DNA of 64,000 nucleotides from Kiritimatiellia bacterium (GTDB lineage Bacteria; Verrucomicrobiota; Kiritimatiellia; RFP12; UBA1067): NCBI GenBank assembly GCA_024405395.1, contig JAKSOW010000001.1, positions 6,277 to 70,276 of the forward strand, read 5' to 3'. Shown piece by piece: positions 62,927 to 64,000 of this stretch (position 1 is its first letter; each line of letters starts with the position of its first letter). The notes under the pieces were generated by a model. It saw only the letters and a program-made list of their open reading frames with translations, ran no database searches and was not told where the DNA came from. The position numbers and the translations under genes were made by a program.

Positions 62927-64000
62927 TCAGCAGTCGCCGAGGACATCCAGGATGTCTTCGCCGAATTCGTTGAGCGTCTGCCGTGAAACCAGATGACTAA
63001 GATGGGCCAAGGTCCGAGGATTGTCCTCCGCCACCCGGAAGAGCGTCTTGTTGCTCATGATGCGGAATGCCGCCACACCCAATTCATCGGCGGTGTCCTT
63101 GCGCCAACTGCGCAAGGCAAAGGCACGCGTGCGTGCGGCGGCTGAGAGGGTGGCGCCAAAATCGGACCCCGTGGATCTGCCGGGGATGCGGGACGGCAGG
63201 TTTAGGGCGGGCGGTTCGATGGGAGCCCGGGCACGGGAGGTGGATTTGTCCGAGGGCCAGCGGATGGTGAACTCCGGCTCTTCGCGACGGGCGACGCGCA
63301 TGCCCTTCGACGTGAGGCGGATGAGATCTGTGCCGTCGGTGGCAAGGCTGGCGCAGCCCGATCGCACGAGCGTCTCCAGAAGAATGCGCAGCATCTCGGG
63401 CTTGAAACCGTTGAGCAGATTCCAGGTGGAGAGCGTGTTGAGCTGATGCTGGCGAACGGCGGCGGAGAGATTTCCGAGAAGCACGTCCACGACAATCGAC
63501 TGCGGGTGGCATCCTTTCATGCGTCCAATGCAGGAGAGCACCTTCTGGATGATGAGCCATTGCGCTTCGGTGAGCGGTTCGGGCGGCTGGCGAGGGCCGC
63601 AATGGTCGCAGCCGCCGCACACATCGGCCTTCGCCTCTTCCCCGAAGTACGAGAGGATGAACTTGTGGCGGCAGCCCGACGTGTCGCAGAAGTCGATCAT
63701 CTCGCGGAGGCGCTGGCGGTCGCGGCGTTCCTTTTCGCGGCGGGCGGCGAACACCGCGTGGAGTTCGGCCTCCGAGACTGAAGGGTGATACTGGACGATG
63801 GGCGGATCGCGGAAGCTTTCGCCACGTGTGAGTGTGATGGCCTTGTGCTGGGCAAAGACGTTGAGCACGGTTTCAATGGCGATGCCGTTGACGTCCAGGC
63901 GGTCGGCCAGGGCATTCGTGTCCACGGAAACGCCTTTGCCGACGGCTTTCGTCCGCAGGTAGGACAGCACATTGCGGGCGACATCCCAGGAGGGATTGGC
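62927..64000 (-). CDS. recQ: ATP-dependent DNA helicase RecQ, 3' portion (zinc-binding, RQC winged-helix and HRDC domains); gene continues beyond window end
   Basis: The Zn-binding motif is CGGCDHCGP. The HRDC-like C-terminus is MSNKTLFRVAEDNPRTLAHLSHLVSRQTLNEFGEDILDVL. The track ORF 62927..63970 is a truncated view. Confidence 0.85.
   Translation of the reverse strand, partial: ANPSWDVARNVLSYLRTKAVGKGVSVDTNALADRLDVNGIAIETVLNVFAQHKAITLTRGESFRDPPIVQYHPSVSEAELHAVFAARREKERRDRQRLREMIDFCDTSGCRHKFILSYFGEEAKADVCGGCDHCGPRQPPEPLTEAQWLIIQKVLSCIGRMKGCHPQSIVVDVLLGNLSAAVRQHQLNTLSTWNLLNGFKPEMLRILLETLVRSGCASLATDGTDLIRLTSKGMRVARREEPEFTIRWPSDKSTSRARAPIEPPALNLPSRIPGRSTGSDFGATLSAAARTRAFALRSWRKDTADELGVAAFRIMSNKTLFRVAEDNPRTLAHLSHLVSRQTLNEFGEDILDVLGDC

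Noticed and set aside
1-64000. Looked for integrase, transposase, tRNA or flanking direct repeats that would delimit the low-GC block as a genomic island, and for tRNA or rRNA genes anywhere
   Set aside because: None found in the window. The island call therefore rests on composition and gene content only, and the left boundary is outside the window.

Overview
This 64-kb window comes from a GC-rich bacterium and is centred on the replication-initiation neighbourhood: dnaA, dnaN, mnmG, hisG, a THUMP RNA methyltransferase and a small bS22-like ribosomal protein. The giant beta-helix surface proteins and many secreted carbohydrate-active enzymes suggest the Planctomycetes-Verrucomicrobia-Chlamydiae (PVC) superphylum, but that is only a guess from gene content. 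By eye the window falls into three compositional blocks.

Block 1 (about 1 to 14.7 kb) has visibly lower GC, near 45%, and Lys/Asn/Ile-rich proteins. It is a tightly packed 11-gene minus-strand operon of secreted or periplasmic proteins: a metzincin protease, three thioredoxin-fold CxxC proteins carrying putative-Ig (He_PIG-like) modules, a SurA/PpiC-type PPIase, two paralogous HEAT-repeat lipoproteins, a Wzy_C (O-antigen-ligase-like) polytopic membrane protein, a small Ig-like protein and two paralogous Cys-rich secreted proteins. It looks like a horizontally acquired envelope-protein folding or surface-decoration module.

Block 2 (about 15 to 26 kb) holds the core genes. It also holds a striking array of eight TTATAAACA-type DnaA-box-like 9-mers (a candidate oriC or operator array), three 18-bp perfect palindromes inserted in frame inside mnmG, and a 1.4-kb noncoding gap at the GC transition.

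Block 3 (27 to 64 kb) is about 63-65% GC and carries plus-strand genes. These include a secreted beta-helix protein, a membrane-anchored tandem CbbX/SpoVK-type AAA+ ATPase immediately followed by an unmistakable bacterial TMEM43 (LUMA) homologue, and secreted TIM-barrel-like and all-alpha proteins. They continue with NudC, an NSS transporter on the minus strand, a 3509-aa adhesin-like giant with a small secreted partner, and a 2015-aa non-secreted protein with an embedded UbiB/ABC1-family kinase-like domain. The block ends with a HAD phosphatase, DUF4186, a zeta-toxin-family P-loop kinase with an overlapping small downstream ORF, a PfkB sugar kinase, a GH20 hexosaminidase fusion, an OmpR-type regulator and the 3' part of recQ.

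I saw no rRNA, tRNA, CRISPR, transposase or integrase. Many long antisense ORFs in the GC-rich part are artefacts.
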